64,000 bases of DNA. Origin: Bacteroidales bacterium (GTDB lineage Bacteria > Bacteroidota > Bacteroidia > Bacteroidales > GCA-2748055). Below, in pieces: positions 24,668 through 33,787 of the stretch. The stretch covers positions 1,521-65,520 of the forward strand of contig JAWOHR010000063.1 in assembly GCA_046485075.1 (NCBI GenBank). The letters run 5' to 3'. Under the pieces are notes generated by a model. It saw only the letters and a list, made by a program, of their open reading frames with translations. It had not been told where the DNA came from and did not search any database. The number at the start of each line of letters is the position of its first letter. Position 1 is the first letter of the stretch. A program made the translations under genes and the position numbers.

Positions 24668-25333
24668 CTAACCGTTGAAAGTCCGGATTTTCTCAATGCG
24701 CATGGCAAAGGGTACATTGTCATGTGAAAACTCATACTCTACCGAATGTGACCCTTCATTTCTGGTATGCAATTCCAGTCCGGTATTTTGCAACAGCGCA
24801 TCCAGTTCGGTACTGAATTGTTTTTCCACAACCAGTTTTATTGTACCGTAATAGAGTTCAGTGATCATGAAAACCCTGCGGATCCGGCCATCATACTCAC
24901 TCCATTTCGTGGCTTTCATCTGTTCCAGGAAACGGTCAATGCGGATGCGAATCTGGTCGCTCATCTCTCTGACCATGATATTTCCGAAGGTGAACTTGCT
25001 TAACTTTTCGGAGATAAATTTACCTTTTATCTTTCCCAGTTTCGGGTGTTGAAGTTCATTTACAAATTCAACATTTACTTCAACCGTTCTGGTGGCCAGG
25101 TGGGCCTCAAAGTAGGGTGCCCGCTTGCTCTCCTCATAAAGAGCTGCCCATTCATTTTCTGTCAGCAGTCCGGCATCCAGAAATGCCGTAAAAATAGAGT
25201 TCGGCATTCCCTTTTTTGAGAATTCCGGGGCACCCATGATGGGGTCCCAGACAAGGGTTCCCGTGAAAATCCCCTCGTGTGAAGCTGGAATCAATTCCAG
25301 ACCGTATGCGTTTCTGAATTTTCGAATCTCCAT
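24668..25333 (-). CDS. hypothetical beta-rich protein, monocistronic; sequence pattern resembles a bacterial gasdermin pore-forming domain (unverified)
   Basis: 221 aa with no signal peptide or TM helix. It has amphipathic alternating stretches (TRTVEVNVEFV, KFISEKLSKFTFGNIMV, VFMITELYYGTIKLVVEKQ, HSVEYEFSHDNVPFAMRIEKI). It is convergent with the phosphatase gene and divergent from cvpA. Confidence 0.7.
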   Translation of the reverse strand: MEIRKFRNAYGLELIPASHEGIFTGTLVWDPIMGAPEFSKKGMPNSIFTAFLDAGLLTENEWAALYEESKRAPYFEAHLATRTVEVNVEFVNELQHPKLGKIKGKFISEKLSKFTFGNIMVREMSDQIRIRIDRFLEQMKATKWSEYDGRIRRVFMITELYYGTIKLVVEKQFSTELDALLQNTGLELHTRNEGSHSVEYEFSHDNVPFAMRIEKIRTFNG

Positions 25334-25469
25334 GACACATGATTTTTAGTAGCCGGGGTGATGCTGTCGTGATAAATAAAGGTCAACATTTTTTTGATTC
25401 AACGCAAACAAAAAAATAGCCATATTTCCAAAGAAATCCGTTAATTTGTGGCGGTTTACAGGCGGCTGT

Positions 25470-26015
25470 ATGAATATACTGGACATTATTTTTCTTGTTC
25501 CATTGCTTTTTGCTCTTTACAGGGGATTTAAGAAGGGGATGGTTCACATGATTGCATCCCTGGTTGCGCTTGTGCTGGGTATTTTTGGAGCCATGAAATT
25601 CAGGCCCATGTTTGCCTCGTTGCTTGATTCGATATTCACTATTGATCCCTCATACATCAATGTGATTGCTTTCGCAGTGGCCTTTGTTTTAATTGTGATC
25701 GTTGTGCATGTGGTGGCATTTTTTGTGGAAAAGCTGATCAAGGCAGTAGCCCTGAACTTTTTGAACCGGATGTTTGGGATGGTATTCGGAGTGCTTATCA
25801 CTGCATTTGTGATCAGCATCATCCTCTGGCCGGTGAACCAGGTGAATGCCGGGAGACAGATTATTAAACCGAAACACATCCAGGGATCATTATTGTATAA
25901 ACCGCTTTCTTCTTTTGCCCCTGCCATTTTCCCCTATCTGAAGAACCAGGATTGGAAAGAGGTTGTTCCGGCGAAGAAAGGAAAGCCAAAGCAGGTAATA
26001 GCCTCAAATTTATAG
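25470..26015 (+). CDS. cvpA: CvpA family membrane protein
   Basis: [25 protein letters not shown] is followed by four TM helices, a typical colicin V production protein layout. The start was moved to the ATG at 25470. Confidence 0.8.
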   Translation: MNILDIIFLVPLLFALYRGFKKGMVHMIASLVALVLGIFGAMKFRPMFASLLDSIFTIDPSYINVIAFAVAFVLIVIVVHVVAFFVEKLIKAVALNFLNRMFGMVFGVLITAFVISIILWPVNQVNAGRQIIKPKHIQGSLLYKPLSSFAPAIFPYLKNQDWKEVVPAKKGKPKQVIASNL

Positions 26016-26025
26016 ATATAGAGAA

Positions 26026-27327
26026 GTGGAGTTGAACAGAAAACTGGTAGATGAGCTGAGATGGAGGGGCATGATTCATGATATCATGCCAGGCACTGAA
26101 GAGCTGCTGGGGAAAGAGCAGGTAACGGTTTATGTGGGGATCGATCCCACCGCCGATTCCCTGCATATCGGCCACCTTGTGGGGGTGATGATGCTGAAAC
26201 GCCTTCAGCACGCAGGGCATCGTCCCATTGCACTGGTGGGAGGGGCAACCGGAATGATAGGGGATCCCAGTGGGAAATCACAGGAGCGTAATCTGCTGGA
26301 TGAGCCCACCTTAAGGAAAAACCAGGAAGCATTGAAGAAACAAATTGCCCGGTTCCTGGATTTTGAAACCGAAGCTTCCAACAAGGCCATCATGGTGAAC
26401 AACTACGACTGGATGAAGGGGTACTCTTTCCTTGATTTTATTCGTGATATCGGGAAGCACATAACGGTCAACTACATGATGGCCAAGGATTCTGTTAAGA
26501 AAAGACTGGGCAGTGACAGCAAATCAGGAATGTCATTTACCGAATTTACCTACCAGCTTGTGCAGGGATACGATTTCCAGGTGCTTTACCGGGATCACAG
26601 GTGCAAACTTCAAATGGGCGGATCCGACCAGTGGGGAAATATCGTCACGGGGACCGAATTGATCAGGCGTATTGAACAAGGGGAGGCATTTGCACTTACA
26701 TGGCCCTTAATTACCAAAGCCGATGGAGGAAAATTTGGAAAAACCGAGGAAGGAAATGTTTGGCTGGATCCTGAAAGAACATCGCCTTACAAATTTTACC
26801 AGTTCTGGCTCAATGTTTCAGATGAGGATGCCGAGAAGTACCTTAAAATCTTTACCATGCTCAACATGGATCAGATTGAAGCGCTGATGGCGGAGCATCA
26901 AATTGCGCCACATGCCAGGGTGATGCAGAAAAAACTGGCTGAAGAGGTCACCATGATGGTGCATTCGAAGGAGGATTATGATATGGCTGTGGAGGCTTCA
27001 GGAATTCTTTTCGGAAAAGGCACCACGGAATCATTGAAAGCGATACGTGAAGATGTGTTTCTTTCCGTTTTCGAAGGGGTGCCCCAATTTGATCTTCCAT
27101 CTTCGGAAATTGATATGGATATAATTGAACTTCTGGCGGTGAGCACAGCAGTGTTTGAGTCCAGGGGAGAGGCCAGAAGGCTGATAACCAGCGGAGGGGT
27201 CAGCATCAATAAGGAAAAAATATCTTCCGCTGATCACAGGATTACGGCGGCAGACTTCATCAATAATAAATACCTGTTGGTTCAGAAGGGTAAGAAGAAT
27301 TACTACCTGATTAAAATTAAGTTATAA
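26026..27327 (+). CDS. tyrS: tyrosine--tRNA ligase
   Basis: HIGH motif (DSLHIGHL), KMSKS variant (KFGKT) and a C-terminal S4-like domain. The start appears to be GTG. Confidence 0.9.
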   Translation: MELNRKLVDELRWRGMIHDIMPGTEELLGKEQVTVYVGIDPTADSLHIGHLVGVMMLKRLQHAGHRPIALVGGATGMIGDPSGKSQERNLLDEPTLRKNQEALKKQIARFLDFETEASNKAIMVNNYDWMKGYSFLDFIRDIGKHITVNYMMAKDSVKKRLGSDSKSGMSFTEFTYQLVQGYDFQVLYRDHRCKLQMGGSDQWGNIVTGTELIRRIEQGEAFALTWPLITKADGGKFGKTEEGNVWLDPERTSPYKFYQFWLNVSDEDAEKYLKIFTMLNMDQIEALMAEHQIAPHARVMQKKLAEEVTMMVHSKEDYDMAVEASGILFGKGTTESLKAIREDVFLSVFEGVPQFDLPSSEIDMDIIELLAVSTAVFESRGEARRLITSGGVSINKEKISSADHRITAADFINNKYLLVQKGKKNYYLIKIKL

Positions 27328-27338
27328 TAAATATTGTC

Positions 27339-28310
27339 ATGGAAAACAGAGAACAAAAAAATTACAATTTTAACTCGGTGGATCTGCTGATCTACATATG
27401 GAACAAACGGGTTGTTCTGATGATCGTGGGATTTTTAGCAGCGGTAGGATCCATGGTGATCTCGCTTACCATCACCCCCATGTTTAAGTCGTCGGTCATC
27501 ATGTTCCCGGCTTCCAACGCTTCTGTGGCAAGAGGTTTACTCGGGTCAACCTACAATGCAAATCAGAGTGTTTACGGATTTGGGGAAGAGGATCAGGCTG
27601 AACAATTGCTTCAGGTTTTGCATTCAGAACCCATCCGGACCCGCATCATTGAGAAATATAACCTGATGGAGCATTATGAGATCGATCCGGATGGAAAGTA
27701 TCCAATTACTGAGCTCCTGGAGACGTATAAGTCCAATATTAAGTTCAGCCTTACGGAATTCCAATCGGTTGAAGTTACAGTAATGGACAGCGATCCCGAA
27801 ATTTCAGCAGCCATTGCCAATGATATCTCCAACCTGGTGGATACGGTATTCAACAATATGAAAAAGAAGCGCGCCTTAAGTGCCCTCAAGCTTGTCGAGG
27901 ATCAGTATGTTGAGACCGAGGACCGGATGATTTTCATGCAGGATTCACTATACAGGATTAGCTACGATCTGGCGCATAATATAAATCCGAACGGTGATGC
28001 TGCTGACAAAATGATTGGTGCCTTTGCTGAATACGGAGTCTCCTATATGTACATGCTGCATCAGATGAGGTATGAGGTGGGAATGACCAATAACATGCGA
28101 ATCAGGTTCGAGGAGGCGAAAATGGAGGCTCAACAGAATCTGCCCTATAAATTTGTAGTTGAGGAGGCTATTCCGCCCGAGAAGAAGGCTTATCCCAATA
28201 AATCGCTGATTGTAATCGTATCCACCTTTGCTTCACTTCTTTTTGCACTGATTATCCTGATCGTTATTGATAATGTTAAAACCAGGGTAGCCATAATTCA
28301 GGAGAAATGA
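27339..28310 (+). CDS. Wzz-like polysaccharide chain-length determinant family protein
   Basis: An N-terminal TM helix after LLIYIWNKRVVLMIVGFLAAV, a long helical periplasmic region, and a C-terminal TM helix (LIVIVSTFASLLFALIILIVI). Confidence 0.7.
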   Translation: MENREQKNYNFNSVDLLIYIWNKRVVLMIVGFLAAVGSMVISLTITPMFKSSVIMFPASNASVARGLLGSTYNANQSVYGFGEEDQAEQLLQVLHSEPIRTRIIEKYNLMEHYEIDPDGKYPITELLETYKSNIKFSLTEFQSVEVTVMDSDPEISAAIANDISNLVDTVFNNMKKKRALSALKLVEDQYVETEDRMIFMQDSLYRISYDLAHNINPNGDAADKMIGAFAEYGVSYMYMLHQMRYEVGMTNNMRIRFEEAKMEAQQNLPYKFVVEEAIPPEKKAYPNKSLIVIVSTFASLLFALIILIVIDNVKTRVAIIQEK

Positions 28311-29830
28311 TACTGGAATTCAGGGAGAAATACCCCAGGAAGCTCCTCTGGGGAATCCTGATTGCGTTCGTGGCATTGAATATCCTGATGCTGGCGTTCG
28401 AAATCTACTATGTACCCCTGGTTCCTGCCGTACTTTTATTCGTGGCACTGGCTATTGTATCGGTTGATAAATACCTTCTGGCCATTGTTTTCTTTGTCCC
28501 TCTCTCCATTCCCCTTTCCTATCTGACCACCGGTTTGTCCATTGATATGTTCCTGCCCACAGAGCCCCTACTGGCAGGATTGCTATTTCTTTATATGATC
28601 AAATACCTTATGGGCGACCGGATCGATATCAGGGTCCTGAGACATCCGCTTACCATTGCCATCTATTTTCACCTGGCATGGATGTTTATCACCTGCTTTA
28701 CAAGTTCGGATATGCTGGTCTCCTTTAAGGCCTTTGCCACCCGGCTCTGGTTTATTGTAAGCTTTTACCTGATTGCTTCCCAGTTATTCCGTAAAGAGAA
28801 GAACATGCACACGTATCTGTGGGTCTTTATTGTGGCACTGACGGGGGTGATTATCTATACGCTTATCAACCATTCCCAGTATGGACTTAACAACCAGGTA
28901 ATGGCGCACAATGTGAGCCGTCCTTTCTATAAGGATCATACCTCCTATGGGGCAACATTGGGAATGATACTTCCCATGCTCGTAGCCCTTTTCATATTAA
29001 TCAGGAGGGGAGATATCAATACCCGTTTCCTGATGATTTTATTAATTACACTTGCTATTTTTGCTACGGTGGTATCCTACACCCGTGCCACCTGGTTAAG
29101 TATCATTGCTTCCATAGGCGTATGGCTTCTCATCAAGCTAAGGATCCGGTTTGAGATCATACTGGTGGGTGCTGCCATTCTGGTAGGCCTCTTCTTTTCG
29201 GTACGTACCCAGGTTATGATTCATTTGGAGCAAAACCGCGTTGAATCCTCCGGAGAGTTGACTGATCATCTTCAATCCATGTCAAATATCTCAACCGACC
29301 AGTCAAACCTCGAACGCATCAATCGTTGGAGTTGTGCTGTGAGAATGTGGAAAGACCGGCCGGTGTTTGGTTTTGGACCCGGAACCTACCAGTTTGAGTA
29401 CGGACGGTACCAGCGATCCTATGAGAAGACAAGAATCAGCACCGATTTCGGTACCCGTGGCAATGCACATAGTGAGTACCTGGGTCCGCTTGCAGAGGGG
29501 GGAGTATTCGGACTGCTTAGCCTGCTGTTCATCATAGGTACAAGCATCTATACGGGTATCAGGGTTCATTTTACCGCGAAAAGAAAGAGCATCCGGATCC
29601 TGGCTTTGGCAGCACTGATTGGACTGATCTCTTACTATTTACACGGTTTGTTGAATAATTTCCTGGATACGGATAAGATATCGGTCCTTTTTTGGGGATA
29701 TTCAGCCATGTTGGTGGCAATGGACGTTTATCACAGGCAAAGCCCTGAGGAGGTAGATAATCTGGCAGATATTCCGGAAGATCAGAGTACCCTGCCGGAG
29801 AATGATGCCCGTGTGACAGGGACTAACTGA
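28307..29830 (+). CDS. O-antigen ligase / Wzy_C family polytopic membrane protein
   Basis: About 10-12 TM helices with a large loop (YTRATWLSI ... GFGPGTYQFEY ... NAHSEYL) typical of the Wzy_C/O-antigen ligase domain. An ATGA overlap joins it to the upstream gene. Confidence 0.75.
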   Translation: MILEFREKYPRKLLWGILIAFVALNILMLAFEIYYVPLVPAVLLFVALAIVSVDKYLLAIVFFVPLSIPLSYLTTGLSIDMFLPTEPLLAGLLFLYMIKYLMGDRIDIRVLRHPLTIAIYFHLAWMFITCFTSSDMLVSFKAFATRLWFIVSFYLIASQLFRKEKNMHTYLWVFIVALTGVIIYTLINHSQYGLNNQVMAHNVSRPFYKDHTSYGATLGMILPMLVALFILIRRGDINTRFLMILLITLAIFATVVSYTRATWLSIIASIGVWLLIKLRIRFEIILVGAAILVGLFFSVRTQVMIHLEQNRVESSGELTDHLQSMSNISTDQSNLERINRWSCAVRMWKDRPVFGFGPGTYQFEYGRYQRSYEKTRISTDFGTRGNAHSEYLGPLAEGGVFGLLSLLFIIGTSIYTGIRVHFTAKRKSIRILALAALIGLISYYLHGLLNNFLDTDKISVLFWGYSAMLVAMDVYHRQSPEEVDNLADIPEDQSTLPENDARVTGTN

Positions 29831-31073
29831 ACCCGTTTTTTCCAGGAAATTCTGCACCGATGATGGAGATATCATCAAAAATTGCAGCCGACCCTTCCAA
29901 AATCCGCTGGTTTTTAAGGATGGAGGAGATGTTATCCTCCAGTGAATGCGGATTGCAGAGCTCTTTCTCCAGGTTTTCGGTGCCGAATTCAATCCCGGAA
30001 TCCTGAATCACTTCCACCAATCCGTCCGTATAGCAAAAAAGTTTGGCAGGTTGATCCAGCCTGAGGGTTGCTTCATTCACAAAGGGCAGGTCATCAAGCA
30101 TTCCCATTCCCACGCATCCACTGGACAGCTGGGTCAGACTTTCAGATCCTGACTCATATAGAAAGGGTGGGTTGTGGCCTGCGTTCACATAGGTCAGCTC
30201 CCTGGTATGATAATTGTACCTGGCGATAAAAAGCGTGATGAATTTTTCACCTTTAGCACTGTTCATTACACTCTGGTTGAGTCTGGTAAGTGTGACGGTC
30301 AGACTCTGGTCGGCCGTATAGAGTGCCCTTAGGTTTGCCTGGAAGTTGGACATCAGAATGGCTGCGGAGATTCCTTTTCCAGATACATCTGCAATGCAAA
30401 ATCCAACCTCACGATCGCTTAACTGGATCACATCATAGTAGTCTCCACCCACATCGAAGTGAGGGTGATAGAATGCTTTCATCCGGATAAATTCATGTGA
30501 GGGAAGTTTTTCACTGGTGGGAATCAGCATATTCTGCATCTTGCTTGCAAGTTCCATTTCCCTCTTCAGGGCTTCCTGCCTGAGGGACTCCTGGAAAAGT
30601 CTTTTATTCTCAATGGCCACCGTAATGATGTTGGAAAGCGTCTGGATGAACCGCAGGTGTTTGATGATGGGGCTAACCCCCTCACCCTCCTCCTCAATAT
30701 CTCCGATCAACACGTAGGCAATGGCCTTGTCCTTATGGAAAACCGGGATAATGATGTCGACCAGCTCGGGGAAGTGTTGAGGCAACGATGTGATGAATGA
30801 GATTTCATCGTAAATATGGAGATCCCTCTCCACATCCACCTTCCCAAAGAAGTTGTTTCCATACCCCGAGTTTAACAGGCATTCCCATTTGTCGGAGAAC
30901 TTCAGCACGATCACCTTCCCAATGTCCAGATCGTCTTTGAGCATTTTTTCATACCGGCGAATCAATTCGGAAGTGGAAACATTGTCGTTGATGGCAAGGG
31001 TAATATCCAGCAGTGCATTCAATTTGAATGTGGAGAGTTTCAACCGGTTATCGGAAAACTTACCCATGAGCAA
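29823..31073 (-). CDS. GAF-domain PP2C-type (SpoIIE/RsbU-like) serine phosphatase
   Basis: The C-terminal half contains FDVGGDYYD, ADVSGKGISAAILMSNF and YTDGLVE (PP2C/SpoIIE motifs). The N-terminal roughly 170 aa are GAF-like. Confidence 0.8.
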   Translation of the reverse strand: MLMGKFSDNRLKLSTFKLNALLDITLAINDNVSTSELIRRYEKMLKDDLDIGKVIVLKFSDKWECLLNSGYGNNFFGKVDVERDLHIYDEISFITSLPQHFPELVDIIIPVFHKDKAIAYVLIGDIEEEGEGVSPIIKHLRFIQTLSNIITVAIENKRLFQESLRQEALKREMELASKMQNMLIPTSEKLPSHEFIRMKAFYHPHFDVGGDYYDVIQLSDREVGFCIADVSGKGISAAILMSNFQANLRALYTADQSLTVTLTRLNQSVMNSAKGEKFITLFIARYNYHTRELTYVNAGHNPPFLYESGSESLTQLSSGCVGMGMLDDLPFVNEATLRLDQPAKLFCYTDGLVEVIQDSGIEFGTENLEKELCNPHSLEDNISSILKNQRILEGSAAIFDDISIIGAEFPGKNGFS

Positions 31074-31089
31074 TGCTGTGTATTTCAGG

Positions 31090-31659
31090 TTATTTTTTTA
31101 CCCTTTCTGAGTAGGACCGGTCGCGGGTATCCACGCGTATCATTTCACCGGTATTAATGAAGAGGGGGACCATGATTTTAGCACCCGTTTCAAGTTCTGC
31201 CGGTTTCTGGGCCGAAGTGGAGGCTGTGTTGCCCTTTTCACCCGGTTCTGTATAGATCACCTCCAGGTCTACAAAAGGGGGGAGGTCGACTGCTAATGGG
31301 GTTTCTGTATCGGCATGTACTACGATCTCTACCGACTGTCCCTCTTTCATCAGGTCGGCATTGTCAAGCATTCCGTGCTGAATGGTGATCTGCTCGAAGG
31401 TCTCAAGGTGCATGAAAGTAGCACCCATTTCGTCCTTATAAAGAAACTGGTGGGGTCTTCTCTCCACCCTTGCTGTAGTGATTTTAACTCCCGCATTAAA
31501 GGTGTTTTCGATCACCTTGCCTGTGGTGAGACTCTTCATTTTTGTTCTGACAAAAGCGGGGCCCTTGCCCGGTTTTACGTGTTGAAACTGTACAATGGTA
31601 TAGAGGTCATTGTTAAATTCGAGGCATAAGCCGTTCCTGAAATCTCCTGTTGTTGCCAT
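31090..31659 (-). CDS. efp: elongation factor P
   Basis: 189 aa. The segment [22 protein letters not shown] is typical EF-P. Confidence 0.9.
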   Translation of the reverse strand: MATTGDFRNGLCLEFNNDLYTIVQFQHVKPGKGPAFVRTKMKSLTTGKVIENTFNAGVKITTARVERRPHQFLYKDEMGATFMHLETFEQITIQHGMLDNADLMKEGQSVEIVVHADTETPLAVDLPPFVDLEVIYTEPGEKGNTASTSAQKPAELETGAKIMVPLFINTGEMIRVDTRDRSYSERVKK

Positions 31660-31705
31660 ATTTTGATTTTAGTGCAAAGATATAATTTTGTTCAAATGCC
31701 CACGC

Positions 31706-32425
31706 TTACAGGATTTTTTTCCTTGGTTTGGTTGCCACGAAGTCCTTCAGGTAGAATGGTTCGAAGTAAGCAACATTCTCAAATTCAGATTTATGAAACT
31801 GACTGAGAACCGGGGTGATCATCGCTGCCGACGAAGGGTTCAGTCCATCAATAAAATGGGCATTGGAGTGGGTGATTGACTCCCGGCATTTTGAGGCTCC
31901 GTTCCCCAGGAAACAAACCTGGTACCTCTCCAGAAGTTCCCCAAAACTATGCTGGTCGATGATTTCGGCAGTAACCTCCCTTATCCATTCACAACCGGGG
32001 GAGAAAAATGCGGTGTACACTTCCATTCTGCGGGCATCCAGCATTGGACAGAGCAGGAGTTGATCACCGTATAATTTGACCAGGTTTTGTACCCCTGGGA
32101 TCTGAATTGCCGAATAGGCCATGCTTTCGATGGTACCACATGATAAAAGTGGTTTATTCAGAGCATACGCCAGCCCTTTTGCCGTGGAGACTCCGATGCG
32201 AAGCCCGGTATAGGATCCTGGCCCCTTGCTGACAGCGATGGCATCCAGTTGCTTTAAATCCTTTCCTGCCATTCCCATTGCTTCCCGGATAAACCGGTTG
32301 AGCAGTGTAGCATGGGATCGATCCGATCCGCTTTCAACCAGTGCGAGAATACCTTCCCCTTCAGAAACAGCCACTGAACAGATATCCGTGGCAGTTTCAA
32401 TGAGAAGGATCAGTGGCTCTGCCAT
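31706..32425 (-). CDS. tsaB: tRNA threonylcarbamoyladenosine biosynthesis protein TsaB
   Basis: LLIETATDICSVAV and AVSKGPGSYTGLRIGVSTAKGLA are TsaB/YeaZ signatures. Confidence 0.85.
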   Translation of the reverse strand: MAEPLILLIETATDICSVAVSEGEGILALVESGSDRSHATLLNRFIREAMGMAGKDLKQLDAIAVSKGPGSYTGLRIGVSTAKGLAYALNKPLLSCGTIESMAYSAIQIPGVQNLVKLYGDQLLLCPMLDARRMEVYTAFFSPGCEWIREVTAEIIDQHSFGELLERYQVCFLGNGASKCRESITHSNAHFIDGLNPSSAAMITPVLSQFHKSEFENVAYFEPFYLKDFVATKPRKKIL

Positions 32426-32428
32426 CCT

Positions 32429-33778
32429 TTATTCTTTCTTCTTTTTATCACCACTGAATAACTCCTCTTCAGAAACTACCTCCACATTCATATCATTTTT
32501 CAGTTGCCGGGATATGGCACTGTAGGGTGCCGTTACAATTTCAGCGTCTTGCTCAAGTCCTTCGGTAATTTCAATATAATTATTGTCCTGGATCCCTGTT
32601 TTCACCTGTTTAAGCCATGCTTTTCCCTCAGATACCGTGAATACAACAATAATGGGCTCGTCGGAGGACTGGGTGGATAATGTTACAGATTCTGTGGAGA
32701 CACTCCCGTCTGAACTCACCTGTCCGGTGGTCTCTTTCTGTGCATCTGCCTTGGCTGTTCCGGTTGTATCAAGCCTGGTGGTTACAGCTTGAATGGGGAT
32801 AGAAAAGATACCGGTTTTACGATCGGTCTGTATATCTGCTGTGGCAGACATCCCCGGTCTCAGTGGAAAGGGATTGGATGCAGTAACTTTGTCTGCGTAT
32901 GAATCGGTTAACAACAGGATTTTAACCTTAAAATTTGTGACCTGGTCGGTAGTGACACCCGTAGTATTGGCAGAAACCGGAATTTCAGATACAATACCGG
33001 TAAACCGGGTATCCGGATAGGCGTCCACCTCGATCATTGCCGTATCCCAGAGGGATACCCTTACAATGTCATTCTCGTTTACCTCGACTTCCACTTCCAT
33101 CCTGTTCAGGTCGGCGATACGGAGCATTTCGGTTCCGGACATCATGGAGGTTCCAACCACCCTTTCTCCAAGTTCAACAGAGAGGCTGGAGATGGTTCCC
33201 GACATGGGGGCATATATGGAGGTTTTGGTCAGACTTTCGTCTGCTTCATCCAGGGTGGCTTTTGAACTTTGCACTGAAAATTCAGCCGCCTCTTTTTCGG
33301 CAAGGGCAGTATTATAGTTGGTGAGGGCTTGTTGAAATTCTGATTCAGAAATGGCTTTTTCTCCATACAAGCTGCTGCTTCTGTTATAATCAAGACTTGC
33401 CATTTCAAGTTGAGCTTCAGCTTGTTTCAGCCTGGCCTTTGAGTTATTAAGAGAAGCCTCTGCCCGGTTTCGCGCCATTTGGTAAGCTTCGGGTTTGATT
33501 TTTAACAGGTATTGACCCCTGACCACCTTATCCCCTTCCTTTACAACCAGTTCTACAATTTCGCCTGAGACATCGGGTGAGATGGCAACCTCAGTTTCAG
33601 GCTGGATTTTCCCGTTGGCTGTGATGATCTCCACAATATCCCTTGAGACTCCTTTTTCCACCGATACTTTCAGAAAGCCTTCATTGCCAAACCAGCCCTG
33701 TTTTTTTCCAACTGCAAGCACGATGATCAACACAACAGCCGAGATTCCTATGATGAGAAGTAATCGTTTTGATTTCAT
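32429..33778 (-). CDS. efflux transporter periplasmic adaptor (HlyD/MFP family)
   Basis: An N-terminal TM anchor, a lipoyl-like segment (SGEIVELVVKEGDKVVRGQYLLKI), a coiled-coil hairpin and beta-barrel segments. Confidence 0.85.
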   Translation of the reverse strand: MKSKRLLLIIGISAVVLIIVLAVGKKQGWFGNEGFLKVSVEKGVSRDIVEIITANGKIQPETEVAISPDVSGEIVELVVKEGDKVVRGQYLLKIKPEAYQMARNRAEASLNNSKARLKQAEAQLEMASLDYNRSSSLYGEKAISESEFQQALTNYNTALAEKEAAEFSVQSSKATLDEADESLTKTSIYAPMSGTISSLSVELGERVVGTSMMSGTEMLRIADLNRMEVEVEVNENDIVRVSLWDTAMIEVDAYPDTRFTGIVSEIPVSANTTGVTTDQVTNFKVKILLLTDSYADKVTASNPFPLRPGMSATADIQTDRKTGIFSIPIQAVTTRLDTTGTAKADAQKETTGQVSSDGSVSTESVTLSTQSSDEPIIVVFTVSEGKAWLKQVKTGIQDNNYIEITEGLEQDAEIVTAPYSAISRQLKNDMNVEVVSEEELFSGDKKKKE

Positions 33779-33787
33779 GATAATTGA

